Below the pieces are notes generated by a model. It made no database searches. It was not told where the DNA came from and saw only the letters and a list, made by a program, of their open reading frames with translations. The position numbers and the translations under genes were made by a program. Below, piece after piece: positions 22,511 to 32,845 of a stretch of 47,023 nt of DNA. This DNA is from Halioglobus sp. Its GTDB lineage: Bacteria > Pseudomonadota > Gammaproteobacteria > Pseudomonadales > Halieaceae. The stretch is from assembly GCA_041307045.1 (NCBI GenBank), contig JBFZEF010000238.1, positions 1 to 47,023 of the forward strand, in the 5' to 3' direction. Position 1 is the stretch's first letter. Every line of letters starts with the position of its first letter.

Positions 22511-22599
22511 TCTGCTCTTCGATCAGGCATTAATGCGGCAATGATATTATGCGGCGGCGAGTACTTAAATGCGCCGTGGGACTTAATTTCGACTTAACG

Positions 22600-23805
22600 C
22601 TAGCTTTTGCGAGATTTCAGCTGCCGTGCGATCAAGGCGATAAGCTGTCTGGCCATGGCGGCCTTGCTGCCCAGCGGCAGCGGCTGCTCGCCGTCGGCCC
22701 ATAACACGGTGGCCTGGTTACTGTCGCTGTTGAAGCCGATGGACCGGTCCGACACGTCGTTGGCGATGATCATGTCCAGCCCCTTGCGAGACATTTTCTC
22801 CCGTGCGTGTGTCAGCAGCTCCTGGGTCTCCGCCGCGAAACCCACGACAAACGGCCGCTTTTCACTGGCGGCGACGGTTGCCACGATATCGGGGTTGCGC
22901 ACCAGCATCAGGCTGATCTGCTCGGCCCCTTTCTTGATTTTCTGCTGTTCCACGGTGGCGGGGCGGTAATCCGCCACCGCTGCACAGGCGATAAAGATAT
23001 CGCAATCGGTCAGCAGCAGAAGGCACTGCTCCAGCATGTCAGCGGCGCTCTCAACCTTCAGCACCCGGGCATGGTCCGGTGCCGGGAGATGTACCGGTCC
23101 ACTGACCAGGGTGGTTTGCGCCCCCGCGTCTATCGCGGCCTGGGCCAGGGCATAGCCCATTTTTCCTGAACTGTGATTGGAGATGAAGCGCACCGGGTCC
23201 AGTGCCTCGCGGGTCGGCCCGGCGGTAATGACCACTCGCTGGCCCGCGAGCAGGCCGCTTTCAAACAACTGCGCAACGGCGGCAGCAATTGCCGCGGGCT
23301 CCTCCATGCGCCCGGGCCCGATATCGCCACAAGCCTGCTCACCGCTGGCCGGACCCACCAGGGTATGGCCGCGGGCCGCAAGGGTGGCGACATTGGCGGC
23401 GGTGGCCTGGTCCCGCCACATCTGCTGGTTCATGGCTGGCGCCAGCAGCAGCGGCGCGGCGGTGGCCAGGGCCACGGTGGTCAGCAGGTCATCCGCCCGG
23501 CCCACCGCAAGCCTGGCCAGGAGGTCGGCGGTGGCGGGGGCAACCACCAGCACATCCGCCCAGCGGGCCAGCTCGATATGACTCATGCCCAGCTCCGCCT
23601 CGGTGTCCAGCAGTTCGGTATGGACCTGGTTGCCGGACAGGGCCTGCAGGGTCAGCTCAGTGATGAACTCGCGCGCACCACGGGTCATGATGACGCGCAC
23701 CGTGGCGCCCAGTTGCCGCAGTTGCCGCACCAGTTCCGCTGACTTGTAGGCCGCTATTCCACCGCTGACGCCCACCAGAACATTGCGATTGAAAAGATGT
23801 GCCAT
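22600..23805 (-). CDS. coaBC: bifunctional phosphopantothenoylcysteine decarboxylase/phosphopantothenate-cysteine ligase
   Basis: VLVGVSGGIAAYKSAELVRQL flavoprotein N-domain and C-terminal CoaB domain (ISNHSSGKMG). Confidence 0.95.
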   Translation of the reverse strand: MAHLFNRNVLVGVSGGIAAYKSAELVRQLRQLGATVRVIMTRGAREFITELTLQALSGNQVHTELLDTEAELGMSHIELARWADVLVVAPATADLLARLAVGRADDLLTTVALATAAPLLLAPAMNQQMWRDQATAANVATLAARGHTLVGPASGEQACGDIGPGRMEEPAAIAAAVAQLFESGLLAGQRVVITAGPTREALDPVRFISNHSSGKMGYALAQAAIDAGAQTTLVSGPVHLPAPDHARVLKVESAADMLEQCLLLLTDCDIFIACAAVADYRPATVEQQKIKKGAEQISLMLVRNPDIVATVAASEKRPFVVGFAAETQELLTHAREKMSRKGLDMIIANDVSDRSIGFNSDSNQATVLWADGEQPLPLGSKAAMARQLIALIARQLKSRKS

Positions 23806-23906
23806 TCACGCGCCCGAATCGGGAAAATAGCCTGAGGGAGGGGAAAGATACCACCCAACCACTGGATTTGACACACGGCCCCGGCGCGGGCTCATGGAGG
23901 AGTGCA

Positions 23907-24581
23907 ATGAGTATTGCCCAATGGCAGGCCGGGGAGGGGCCGCGGGACAAGTTGCTGGGGCGGGGGGAGCAGGCATTGTCTGACGCGGAGCTGCTGGCCG
24001 TGATGTTGCGCACCGGTTATCGCAATTGCAGCGCCCTGCAGCTGGCCCGTGATCTACTGGACCAGTTTGGCGGCCTGGCGGGGCTGGTACGGGTCGATGG
24101 GCCCCGCTTGCTGGCCTGGCCGGGTGTCGGCAGTGCCAAGTACGCCCAGTTGCGAGCTGCCCTGGAGTTGGCGCGGCGCCAGGCCCTGCAGCAGGTGCAG
24201 GCCGGCGATGTGCTGTCTAATCCCGGAGACACCCTGCGTTTCCTGCAGTACCACCTGGGGACGCATAACAGGGAGGTCTTCTGCTGCATATTCCTGGACA
24301 GCCAGCACCAGGTGTTGTGCTGTGAGGACCTCTTTTTCGGCACACTCGACGGCGCTGCGGTTTACCCGCGCGAGGTGGCCACCCGGGCGCTGCAGTACCG
24401 CGCCGCCGCAGTCATATTCGGCCACAACCACCCTTCCGGGATAGCTGAGCCCAGCTCTGCGGACCGGCGTATTACCGAACGGCTGTGCGCGGCGCTGGGC
24501 CTGCTCGATATCAGGGTGCTGGACCATGTGATAATAGGCCGCGGCCAGGAGTTTTCCTTTGCCCGGGAGGGTTTGTTGTAG
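23907..24581 (+). CDS. radC: RadC-family JAB-domain protein
   Basis: From MSIAQWQAGEGPRDKLL..LSDAELLAVMLRTG; C-terminal JAMM-like HNHPSG motif. Confidence 0.85.
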   Translation: MSIAQWQAGEGPRDKLLGRGEQALSDAELLAVMLRTGYRNCSALQLARDLLDQFGGLAGLVRVDGPRLLAWPGVGSAKYAQLRAALELARRQALQQVQAGDVLSNPGDTLRFLQYHLGTHNREVFCCIFLDSQHQVLCCEDLFFGTLDGAAVYPREVATRALQYRAAAVIFGHNHPSGIAEPSSADRRITERLCAALGLLDIRVLDHVIIGRGQEFSFAREGLL

Positions 24582-24605
24582 CCCGTGGCGGCGTCTATCT
24601 TTCGC

Positions 24606-24634
24606 TTGAACTGGCCAGGGTGTTCTGTTATAAA
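24606..24634 (+). promoter_or_regulatory. candidate sigma70 promoter of rpmB-rpmG
   Basis: TTGAAC (24606-24611), 17-nt spacer, TATAAA (24629-24634), about 90 nt upstream of the rpmB ATG. Confidence 0.5.
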
Positions 24635-24725
24635 GTCGCGCTCTGCGCGGCGGGGGTTCTTTATGACGCCCATCCTGGCCTCAATTATCAGTTAAATCCC
24701 GCGTATTTCTGGGAGCGGAAAGACC

Positions 24726-24962
24726 ATGGCAAGAGTATGTCAGGTGACGGGCAAACGCCCGATTACCGGAAACAATGTATCACACGCAAAAAATCGTACG
24801 CGTCGTCGTTTTTTGCCCAACCTGCATCACCACCGGTTCTGGGTTGAGTCCGAGAAGCGTTTCGTAAGCCTGCGAGTATCGAGCAAGGGCATGCGCATTA
24901 TCGACAAGAACGGGATCGACCAGGTGCTCGGTGAAATCCGCGCCCGCGGCGAAAAGGTTTAA
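24726..24962 (+). CDS. rpmB: 50S ribosomal protein L28
   Basis: [33 protein letters not shown]. Confidence 0.97.
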   Translation: MARVCQVTGKRPITGNNVSHAKNRTRRRFLPNLHHHRFWVESEKRFVSLRVSSKGMRIIDKNGIDQVLGEIRARGEKV

Positions 24963-24974
24963 GGGAGAAGCAAG

Positions 24975-25130
24975 ATGAGAGACAAGATCAGGATGAACTC
25001 GTCAGCGGGCACTGGCCACTTCTATACGACTGACAAGAACAAGCGAACCACGCCCGACAAGCTGGAAATGAAAAAGTATGATCCGGTGGCGCGCAAGCAC
25101 GTCATGTACAAAGAAGGCAAAATCAAGTAG
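24975..25130 (+). CDS. rpmG: 50S ribosomal protein L33
   Basis: Below the ORF-track size cut-off. My own translation is [51 protein letters not shown], with GGGAGAAG SD upstream. Confidence 0.95.
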   Translation: MRDKIRMNSSAGTGHFYTTDKNKRTTPDKLEMKKYDPVARKHVMYKEGKIK

Positions 25131-25157
25131 GCGCTCCCAGGCCTGCAGGATGACCAT

Positions 25158-25182
25158 AAACCCCGGCTTGCCGGGGTTTTTT
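25158..25182 (+). terminator. rho-independent terminator of rpmBG
   Basis: AAACCCCGG-CTTG-CCGGGGTTTTTT: GC stem followed by a T6 tract, 28 nt after the rpmG stop. Confidence 0.8.
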
Positions 25183-25303
25183 GTGTACAGGATGTACGGT
25201 ATGTCGCGGAAGGAAGGAGGGCCCGCCCCGCTTTATCGGGTGCGCCGGTAGCGACGATTATCCATGCGGGCTTTGCAGGGAGCATGTCGCGGGCGAGGAT
25301 TGT

Positions 25304-26116
25304 ATGCCGGAGTTACCCGAGGTCGAGACCACCCGCCGGGGGGTTACCCCCTGGTGCCGGGGCGAGGTGGTGGAGGCGTTGGTTGTGCGGGAGCCCCGGT
25401 TGCGCTGGCCCGTGCCGCCGCGGCTGGGCCAACAGCTGGTCGGCCAGCGGATAGAGGCCATCGATCGGCGGGGAAAATACCTGCTGTTCAGGACTGCGGC
25501 TGGATCGCTGCTGGTACACCTGGGTATGTCGGGCTCCCTGCGCGTGGTAGATGCAGGGCAGCTGCCCGGCAAGCACGATCATATCGATATCCGCTTGCAG
25601 TCCGGTGCCTGCCTGCGCTACCACGACCCCCGGCGCTTTGGTTGTTTTCTCTGGCTGGAGCCCGGGGAACTGCACCCGCTGTTGAGCCAACTCGGGCCGG
25701 AGCCGCTGGCGGGCGAGTTTGATGGCGATCATTTGTTTCGCCGGTCGCGCGGGCGTACCAGCGCGGTCAAAAGCTTCATCATGGACGCAAAGGTCGTGGT
25801 GGGGGTTGGTAATATTTACGCGAACGAAGTGCTGTTCCTCTCCGGCATCCACCCCCGCCGCGCCGCAGGCCGCGTTTCGCAGGCCCGCTACCAGGTCCTG
25901 GGAAATAACATTAAGCAAGTGCTAACTTCGGCTGTAGAGCAGGGCGGAACTACCTTGCGTGACTTTGTCGGGGGTGATGGAAAGCCGGGATACTTTGCCC
26001 AGCGGCTCTATGTCTACGGGCGCGGCGGGGAGGACTGCAAGGCTTGCGGCAGCCGCCTGAGGGAGATTCGGCTGGGTCAGCGAACTACAGTTTTCTGCGT
26101 GACCTGCCAGCGTTGA
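25304..26116 (+). CDS. mutM: formamidopyrimidine-DNA glycosylase
   Basis: [14 protein letters not shown]-terminus and C-terminal zinc finger [25 protein letters not shown]. Confidence 0.95.
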   Translation: MPELPEVETTRRGVTPWCRGEVVEALVVREPRLRWPVPPRLGQQLVGQRIEAIDRRGKYLLFRTAAGSLLVHLGMSGSLRVVDAGQLPGKHDHIDIRLQSGACLRYHDPRRFGCFLWLEPGELHPLLSQLGPEPLAGEFDGDHLFRRSRGRTSAVKSFIMDAKVVVGVGNIYANEVLFLSGIHPRRAAGRVSQARYQVLGNNIKQVLTSAVEQGGTTLRDFVGGDGKPGYFAQRLYVYGRGGEDCKACGSRLREIRLGQRTTVFCVTCQR

Positions 26117-26171
26117 TCAGGCTACACTCAGGGCAAGTAGGGGATAACGGGATGACAACCCGGGAGTTGAT

Positions 26172-26579
26172 ATGAAAATAAACACACGCGCCGGCCGCGT
26201 CAGCGCCGCCTTTCTTGCTTGCTGCCTTCTGCTGCCCCAGTCGCTCTGGGCGGAGGATCGGTGGGCGGCGGACCGGCCTATCGGGATACAAGGTGGGGCC
26301 GTCGACGAAAACCCGCACTGGTTCGCCATGGTCGGGGATTTCTTCGTCGCCAGGCCGCTGGGCCTGGTGCTGACCGCGGGCGGCACAGCCCTGTGGATTG
26401 TCAGCCTGCCGTTCACCCTGGCGGCAGGCAATGCCAACGAAACCGCGGAAACGCTGGTACTGGGCCCCGCCGAGCAAACCTTTGTGCGCTGCCTGGGTTG
26501 CCGGCAATCCGGATATACCTACAAGGATATCGAGCAGCGCCAGAAGCGGCAGGAAGAGACCGCGCTCACCGACGAGTAG
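26172..26579 (+). CDS. hypothetical exported/membrane protein
   Basis: Signal-like N-terminus (AAFLACCLLLPQSLWA), an internal hydrophobic stretch, a CLGC motif and a charged C-terminus. No family recognised. Confidence 0.5.
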   Translation: MKINTRAGRVSAAFLACCLLLPQSLWAEDRWAADRPIGIQGGAVDENPHWFAMVGDFFVARPLGLVLTAGGTALWIVSLPFTLAAGNANETAETLVLGPAEQTFVRCLGCRQSGYTYKDIEQRQKRQEETALTDE

Positions 26580-26592
26580 GTTCACTGACGGG

Positions 26593-26611
26593 CCGGCCTG
26601 CAACAGGCCGG
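26593..26611. terminator. hairpin between convergent genes (possible bidirectional terminator)
   Basis: CCGGCCT-GCAAC-AGGCCGG, a 7-bp perfect stem. No U tract, so function is uncertain. Confidence 0.35.
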
Positions 26612-26612
26612 T

Positions 26613-27146
<534 letters not shown>

Positions 27147-27207
27147 TTACCCCGGTGCGACAACGCAAGCGCCCGGTCGCAACGCGCTCGATATTCCAGC
27201 CTGCTAA

Positions 27208-27792
27208 CTACCCTTCCATTTCGAACAGGCGGTAAGCGACCTCGCCCGCCGCCTTCTCCCTGTGCAGGCGCCAATTCGACGGCACATTCGGCGCCCGTTC
27301 CTGCGCGGCCATCTCGATATAAATGAAGCCCCCTATGCTCACCCGACCGGAGATGGTCAGTCGCTCACAGATCGGGTCGACGAGATTCTTGCCAAAAGGC
27401 GGGTCGATAAAGACGATATCGTGACAAGCGCGGTCTTCCTGCAGGAAGGTCAGGGCCGGCCCCTGGTGGCAGCGCGCCCGGTCGCCGGCGTGCAGGGTTT
27501 GCAAATGCAGTCCGATCTGGCGTATCGCCGCCGCCGAGGTATCCACGAAATCACAGTACCCAGCCCCGCGGGACAGGGCTTCAAGGCCCAGCGCACCGCT
27601 GCCTGCGAACAGATCCAGGCAGCGCGCGCCGCGAATCGAGGGCGCCAGCCAGTTGAACAGGGTTTCGCGCACCCGGTCCGGGGTTGGCCGTAATCCGTCT
27701 GCGGGAGTGAACGTGAGTTTGCGCCCGCGCCATAGCCCGCCAATAATGCGCAGGTGACTTTGCTTTACCGGGGATTTGCCGGATCGGGCCAT
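27208..27792 (-). CDS. rsmD: 16S rRNA (guanine966-N2)-methyltransferase
   Basis: LRIIGGLWRGRKL..RPTPDRVRETLFNWL..LDLFAGSGALGLEALSRGA..DPPF; upstream of coaD and divergent from ftsY, as usual. Confidence 0.9.
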   Translation of the reverse strand: MARSGKSPVKQSHLRIIGGLWRGRKLTFTPADGLRPTPDRVRETLFNWLAPSIRGARCLDLFAGSGALGLEALSRGAGYCDFVDTSAAAIRQIGLHLQTLHAGDRARCHQGPALTFLQEDRACHDIVFIDPPFGKNLVDPICERLTISGRVSIGGFIYIEMAAQERAPNVPSNWRLHREKAAGEVAYRLFEMEG

Positions 27793-27880
27793 TTCGTCGC
27801 TTTGTACAAGGATGTTAGGATAGCCGCCCTTGGCGGGCGCTCGCCTGCGCGCACTCTAGCACGACAATAAGCACGCACTT

Positions 27881-28984
27881 ATGAAATTTTTCAAACGCAA
27901 GAAGGAGGCGGACGCACAGTCTGTTCCTCCCGAATCAACCCCGCAAATCGCGGCAGCGACCCCCGGGCCAGTCCCCGATAACCTGACCCCGGTGGACGAT
28001 ACCACCGCGGCGGTTTCTGCCCACGCGCCTGACGCCGGCAGGGATGACGCCAGGCAGGGATTCTTCTCCCGCCTGCGGCGCGGTTTGGGACGCACCAGTG
28101 AGAACCTCCTGCAGGGGATGGGAACCCTGTTTCTCGGCCGCAAGGAAATTGATGAGGAACTGCTCGAGCAGCTAGAGTCGCGCCTGCTGCTGGCCGACGT
28201 TGGCGTGGATGCCACCCGGGATATCATCAGCCGTCTCACCCAGCGGGTATCGCGCCGGGAACTTACCCATGCCGAGGGTTTGCAGGCCGCCTTGCGGGAG
28301 GAACTGCGTGGCGTGCTTCAGCCCTGCGAGCAGGCCCTGGACGTGGCGGGCAAGAAACCCTTCGTCATACTGATGGTGGGGGTGAACGGGGTGGGCAAGA
28401 CCACCACCATCGGCAAGCTGGCGCGACGCTATCTGGCCGAGGGTCGCTCGGTGATGCTTGCGGCTGGCGATACCTTCCGCGCGGCCGCGGTGGAACAGCT
28501 GCAGGTGTGGGGCGAACGCAACAAGGTGCCGGTGATTGCCCAGCATACCGGGGCGGACAGCGCGTCGGTACTGTTCGATGCGCTGCAGGCTGCGAGGGCC
28601 CGCAATGTCGATGTCCTTATCGCGGATACCGCGGGTCGGCTGCACAACAAGGACAATCTGATGGAGGAGTTGAAAAAGGTGGTGCGGGTGTTGGGCAAGC
28701 TGGACCCTGAAGCGCCCCATGAGGTCATGCTGGTGCTCGACGCGGGTACCGGCCAGAACGCCCTCGCCCAGGCGGACCAGTTCCGGCAGTGGGTCGGCGT
28801 CTCGGGCATAAGCCTCACCAAGCTGGACGGCACCGCCAAGGGCGGCGTGATTTTCGCGATAGCGAAAAAACTCGGCCTCCCCATCCGCTTTATCGGCGTC
28901 GGGGAGGCGGTGGAGGACCTGCGCCCCTTCCGGGCTGCGGAATTTATCGACGCCCTGTTTGCCGGGGACGACACCGCTGCATGA
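27881..28984 (+). CDS. ftsY: signal recognition particle receptor FtsY
   Basis: NG domain motifs GVNGVGKTTTIGKLA, DTAGRL, TKLDGTAKGG. Confidence 0.95.
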   Translation: MKFFKRKKEADAQSVPPESTPQIAAATPGPVPDNLTPVDDTTAAVSAHAPDAGRDDARQGFFSRLRRGLGRTSENLLQGMGTLFLGRKEIDEELLEQLESRLLLADVGVDATRDIISRLTQRVSRRELTHAEGLQAALREELRGVLQPCEQALDVAGKKPFVILMVGVNGVGKTTTIGKLARRYLAEGRSVMLAAGDTFRAAAVEQLQVWGERNKVPVIAQHTGADSASVLFDALQAARARNVDVLIADTAGRLHNKDNLMEELKKVVRVLGKLDPEAPHEVMLVLDAGTGQNALAQADQFRQWVGVSGISLTKLDGTAKGGVIFAIAKKLGLPIRFIGVGEAVEDLRPFRAAEFIDALFAGDDTAA

Positions 28985-29646
28985 TCAGTTTTGACCGGGT
29001 GAGCAAGCGCTATGAGCAGGGCCACGAGGCCCTGCACGAAGTGAGTGTGAACATCGGAAGTGATGAACTGGTGTTTATCACCGGCCACTCGGGTGCCGGT
29101 AAAACCACCCTGCTGCGCATGATCATGCTGATGGAGCGGCCGAGCCGGGGCCAGGTGATCATCGACGGCCAGAACCTCGCGGCCATCGGCCCCCGGGGTA
29201 TTCCCCGCCACCGCCGCAATATCGGTGTGGTGTTCCAGAACCACCGGCTGCTGATGGATCGAACGGTGTACGACAACGTGGCGCTGCCACTGATTATCGC
29301 GGGTTATGACCACCGAGAACTGGGCAGGCGGGTGAGGGCCGCGCTGGACAAAGTGGGGCTGCTCGATCGCGAGCGCGCCATGCCGATCACCCTGTCCGGC
29401 GGCGAACAGCAGCGGGTGGGGATTGCCCGGGCGGTGGTGGGCAAGCCGAAAATCCTCCTGGCGGACGAGCCCACCGGCAATCTCGATCCTGCCCTCTCCG
29501 CGGAAATCATGCAGCTGTTCGAGGAGTTCAACCAGGTCGGGGTAACCGTGCTGATAGCCAGCCACGACCTGGCCCTGATCTCCCGGCTGCGCCACCGGAT
29601 CATCACCCTGCGCGAAGGGCGCCTGGTCGCCGGGAGCAAAGCTTGA
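28981..29646 (+). CDS. ftsE: cell division ATP-binding protein FtsE
   Basis: From MISFDRVSKRY; Walker A GHSGAGKTT, signature LSGGEQQR. The ATG overlaps the ftsY TGA. Confidence 0.95.
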   Translation: MISFDRVSKRYEQGHEALHEVSVNIGSDELVFITGHSGAGKTTLLRMIMLMERPSRGQVIIDGQNLAAIGPRGIPRHRRNIGVVFQNHRLLMDRTVYDNVALPLIIAGYDHRELGRRVRAALDKVGLLDRERAMPITLSGGEQQRVGIARAVVGKPKILLADEPTGNLDPALSAEIMQLFEEFNQVGVTVLIASHDLALISRLRHRIITLREGRLVAGSKA

Positions 29647-30644
29647 TCTGGCGCCGCATCACAGGCTGGCGCGCCGCGCCCGCGGGCCGGCGGGAAGGCG
29701 CCAGAGTGAGCCGTGCCGGCCTGCGCGATCGCTACAAGGCCTGGCTGCAACACCACCGCCTGTCGGCCGCCGACAGTATGCAGCGGGTACTGGACAACCC
29801 TGTTTCCAGCGCCATGACCTGGCTGGTGATCGGCATCGCCCTGGCCCTGCCGACCGGCCTTAACGTGGCCCTGGATAATGTCAGCCAGTTGAGTGCCAAT
29901 TGGGACAGCCCGGCGCAGATATCGCTGTTCCTGCAGGACGGCATCAGCGACGAGCGGGCGCGCCAGTTGGAGCAGGAACTGGCCGGGCGGAGGGACGTGG
30001 CCCAGACGCGGTTCGTGTCCAGGCAGGAGGCGCTGGAGGAATTCCGCACCCTGTCGGGATTTGCCGATGTACTGGCAAGTCTCGAGGATAATCCTCTGCC
30101 GCACCTGATCCTGGTGTCGCCGGCGGGCAGCACCGACCAGGCGAGCGCGGCGTCGCTACGGGACGAATTGCAGGCCTATCCGGATGTGGCCCAGGCGGTG
30201 CTGGACATGGAGTGGCTGCAGCGACTGGACAGCCTGATGGATCTGAGCCGCCGGCTGGTATTGGCGGTGGGTGGCCTGCTGGTGGTAGGCGTGCTGCTGA
30301 TCCTCGGCAACACGATCCGGCTGGCGATCGAGAGTCGCCGGGAGGAGATCGTCATCATCAAGCTGGTGGGAGGCAGCAATGCCTTCGTGCGGCGACCCTT
30401 CCTTTATACTGGTCTCTGGTACGGCGTAGGCGGGGGTTTTTTCGCTGCCCTCCTGGTGGCGGCGTCCCTGTGGTTTCTGCGCCAGCCGGTCAGTGAGCTC
30501 GCCCTCCTGTACCAGAGTGATTTCCGGCTGCGCGGGCTGGGTATCATGGGCGGCCTGAACCTCTTCATCCTCGGCGGACTGCTGGGCCTGGCCGGTGCCT
30601 GGCTGGCGGTTGGCCGGCACCTGGTGGAAATCCAGCCGCGCTGA
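29643..30644 (+). CDS. ftsX: cell division permease-like protein FtsX
   Basis: Four TM segments, FtsX-type periplasmic domain, follows ftsE. Start uncertain (TTG 29643 overlapping the ftsE stop, or GTG 29706). Confidence 0.9.
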   Translation: MIWRRITGWRAAPAGRREGARVSRAGLRDRYKAWLQHHRLSAADSMQRVLDNPVSSAMTWLVIGIALALPTGLNVALDNVSQLSANWDSPAQISLFLQDGISDERARQLEQELAGRRDVAQTRFVSRQEALEEFRTLSGFADVLASLEDNPLPHLILVSPAGSTDQASAASLRDELQAYPDVAQAVLDMEWLQRLDSLMDLSRRLVLAVGGLLVVGVLLILGNTIRLAIESRREEIVIIKLVGGSNAFVRRPFLYTGLWYGVGGGFFAALLVAASLWFLRQPVSELALLYQSDFRLRGLGIMGGLNLFILGGLLGLAGAWLAVGRHLVEIQPR

Positions 30645-30757
30645 GAGCGCTGCCCGGACTCCTGCCTGCGCCCCGTTCGGGCTGTTGCACTCGATCCCCG
30701 ATGTATTTCCAACCCATTGTATTTAAAGCACTAAATTTCTTTTTTTGGCAGTCGAGC

Positions 30758-30784
30758 GGAACTTTTCGGCGATTAGCACTCTAA
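30758..30784 (+). promoter_or_regulatory. candidate sigmaE/AlgU-type promoter of rpoH
   Basis: GGAACTT (30758-30764), 15 nt, TCTAA (30780-30784). Compare E. coli rpoH P3, GAACTT-N16-TCTGA; the spacer here is 1 nt shorter. Confidence 0.35.
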
Positions 30785-30799
30785 TGCAAAGAGTGCTAA
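30773..30799. promoter_or_regulatory. perfect 10-bp inverted repeat in the rpoH leader/promoter
   Basis: TTAGCACTCT-AATGCAA-AGAGTGCTAA, 30 nt upstream of the rpoH ATG and overlapping the putative -10. The repeat itself is certain; its function is unknown. Confidence 0.4.
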
Positions 30800-30828
30800 A
30801 ATTCCGGCAGAATTATGGAGGGAAGCGT

Positions 30829-31683
30829 ATGAGCGGGAGCCTGCAGCCAATCGACCAGATGGTACCGGGAGCCAATCTCCCGGCGTATGTCCAGGCCGTC
30901 AGCAGTATTCCCATACTGAGCGCCGAGCGTGAGCGCGAATTGGCGGAGGATTTGTACTTCAATGACAATCTGGCGGCGGCGCGGGAGCTGGTCATGTCCC
31001 ACCTGCGCTTTGTGGTGCATATCGCCCGCAGCTACTCCGGCTATGGCCTGGCCGAAGCCGACCTGATCCAGGAAGGCAACGTGGGCCTGATGAAGGCGGT
31101 GAAGCGCTTCAACCCGGAAAAAGGCGTGCGGCTGGTGTCATTCGCCGTCCACTGGATCAAGGCGGAAATGCACGAGTACATTCTACGCAACTGGCGCATT
31201 GTGAAGGTCGCCACCACCAAGGCTCAGCGCAAGTTGTTTTTCAATCTGCGCAGCGCGAAGAAAGACCTGGCCTGGCTGAGCGCTGACGAGGCCAGGGCGG
31301 TGGCGGATGAACTGGGTGTGGACGTGCGGGAAGTACACCGTATGGAAGGCCGCCTCAGCAGCCGCGACCTGGCCTATGACGCGCCGCCGGACGCTGACGA
31401 TGATGACGCCTGGCAGGCTCCCCAGTATTACCTTGAGGATCACAGCGCCGATCCCGCCCTCGCGGTGGAGTCAAACGACTGGCAGCAGAGCAGCGAAGAG
31501 CGTTTGCACGACGCCCTGGCGGGGCTCGATGAGCGCAGCCGCGATATCCTGTCCCAGCGCTGGCTGGCCGACGAAAAAGCCACCCTGCACGATCTTGCTG
31601 CCAGGTACAATGTATCCGCCGAGCGCATCAGACAGCTGGAGCAAACAGCGATGAAGAAGCTGCGGGCGGCGATGGCGGCCTGA
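30829..31683 (+). CDS. rpoH: RNA polymerase sigma-32 factor
   Basis: From MSGSLQPI (GGAGGG SD upstream). Contains the RpoH box QRKLFFNLR and region 2 DLIQEGNVGLMKAVKRF. Confidence 0.95.
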   Translation: MSGSLQPIDQMVPGANLPAYVQAVSSIPILSAERERELAEDLYFNDNLAAARELVMSHLRFVVHIARSYSGYGLAEADLIQEGNVGLMKAVKRFNPEKGVRLVSFAVHWIKAEMHEYILRNWRIVKVATTKAQRKLFFNLRSAKKDLAWLSADEARAVADELGVDVREVHRMEGRLSSRDLAYDAPPDADDDDAWQAPQYYLEDHSADPALAVESNDWQQSSEERLHDALAGLDERSRDILSQRWLADEKATLHDLAARYNVSAERIRQLEQTAMKKLRAAMAA

Positions 31684-31764
31684 CGCTTACACCCCGGCGG
31701 GGCACGGCCCCGCCCCTGTCAGCGCAGACCCGGACCACTTCCATGGCCGTACAGGATTCCACCC

Positions 31765-32142
31765 ATGGCTAAACTGTTTATCACCCTGGCTTCACTCAGC
31801 GGCATGCTCGCCGTGACCTTTGGCGCATTTGGTGCCCATGCGCTGAGGAGTCGCCTCGATGAGCATGCGCTGGGCGTATTCCAGACGGCGGTGCAGTATC
31901 ATTTTTACCACAGCCTGGCCCTGTTGGCGGTCGGCGTGATCGCCCTCAGCCAGCCACAGACCGCCCTCCTGCGCAGCAGCGGCTACCTGTTCCTGGTGGG
32001 GATCGTGGTGTTTTCCGGCAGCCTTTACCTGCTGAGTATGAGTGGCCTGCGCTGGCTGGGTGCCATCACCCCGCTGGGCGGGCTTGCCTTTATCGCCGGC
32101 TGGGGTTGCCTCGCCGCTGCCAGCTGGAAAATGCTGGCCTGA
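31765..32142 (+). CDS. DUF423 (YgdD-like) membrane protein
   Basis: 125 aa, four hydrophobic helices, GAFGAH and YHFYH motifs. Confidence 0.85.
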   Translation: MAKLFITLASLSGMLAVTFGAFGAHALRSRLDEHALGVFQTAVQYHFYHSLALLAVGVIALSQPQTALLRSSGYLFLVGIVVFSGSLYLLSMSGLRWLGAITPLGGLAFIAGWGCLAAASWKMLA

Positions 32143-32158
32143 ATTCCCGACTTCGCGC

Positions 32159-32845
32159 ATGACCCAGTCCGACTCCGGGCGGCCGATTCGCAGCTATGTC
32201 CTGCGCACCGGTCGCATGACGGCGGGCCAGCAGCGCGCCTTCGAGCAGAACTGGGAGCGCTGGGGTCTTGAGCCCGCCGCCGGCACCCTGGATTTTGAGA
32301 GAGTCTTCGGCCGGCCGGGCCCCCGGGTGCTGGAGATTGGCTTTGGTATGGGCCAGTCCCTGGTTGCCATGGCTGCCGCCGCGCCACTGGCCAATTTCAT
32401 CGGCATCGAAGTGCATCGCCCGGGTGTCGGCAAGCTGCTGCACAGCATGGCGGAGCAAGGCGTCGATAATATTCGCATCTACTGCCACGACGCGGTGGAA
32501 GTCCTGCGCGATTGCGTCCCCGACGCCTCCCTCGACACCGTCCAGATTTTTTTCCCCGATCCCTGGCACAAGAAGAAGCACAACAAGCGCCGCCTGATCC
32601 AGCCGCCATTCGTCGCCCTGCTAAGCGCGAAACTGAAGCCCGGCGGCACCCTCCACCTGGCCACCGACTGGGAGAACTATGCCCAGCAGATGCTGGAGGT
32701 CCTCGGCGCCGCCGGCGGGCTCGAGAATACCTGTGGGCCCGGCCAGTTCGCGCCGCGCCCGGAGCACCGCCCCCTGACCAAGTTCGAGCTGCGCGGCGAG
32801 CGCCTGGGGCACGGGGTGTGGGAGCTTGTGTTCAGGCGCAGCTAG
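32159..32845 (+). CDS. trmB: tRNA (guanine46-N7)-methyltransferase
   Basis: From [16 protein letters not shown]; [11 protein letters not shown] motif and [15 protein letters not shown]. Confidence 0.93.
   Translation: MTQSDSGRPIRSYVLRTGRMTAGQQRAFEQNWERWGLEPAAGTLDFERVFGRPGPRVLEIGFGMGQSLVAMAAAAPLANFIGIEVHRPGVGKLLHSMAEQGVDNIRIYCHDAVEVLRDCVPDASLDTVQIFFPDPWHKKKHNKRRLIQPPFVALLSAKLKPGGTLHLATDWENYAQQMLEVLGAAGGLENTCGPGQFAPRPEHRPLTKFELRGERLGHGVWELVFRRS

Noticed and set aside
28429-29595. 388-aa minus-strand ORF
   Set aside because: It is antisense to ftsY/ftsE and is a shadow ORF.
31696-31714. Hairpin GGCGGGG-CACGG-CCCCGCC after rpoH as an intrinsic terminator
   Set aside because: The 7-bp GC stem is real but no T tract follows it. 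Evidence is too weak to list it as a terminator feature.
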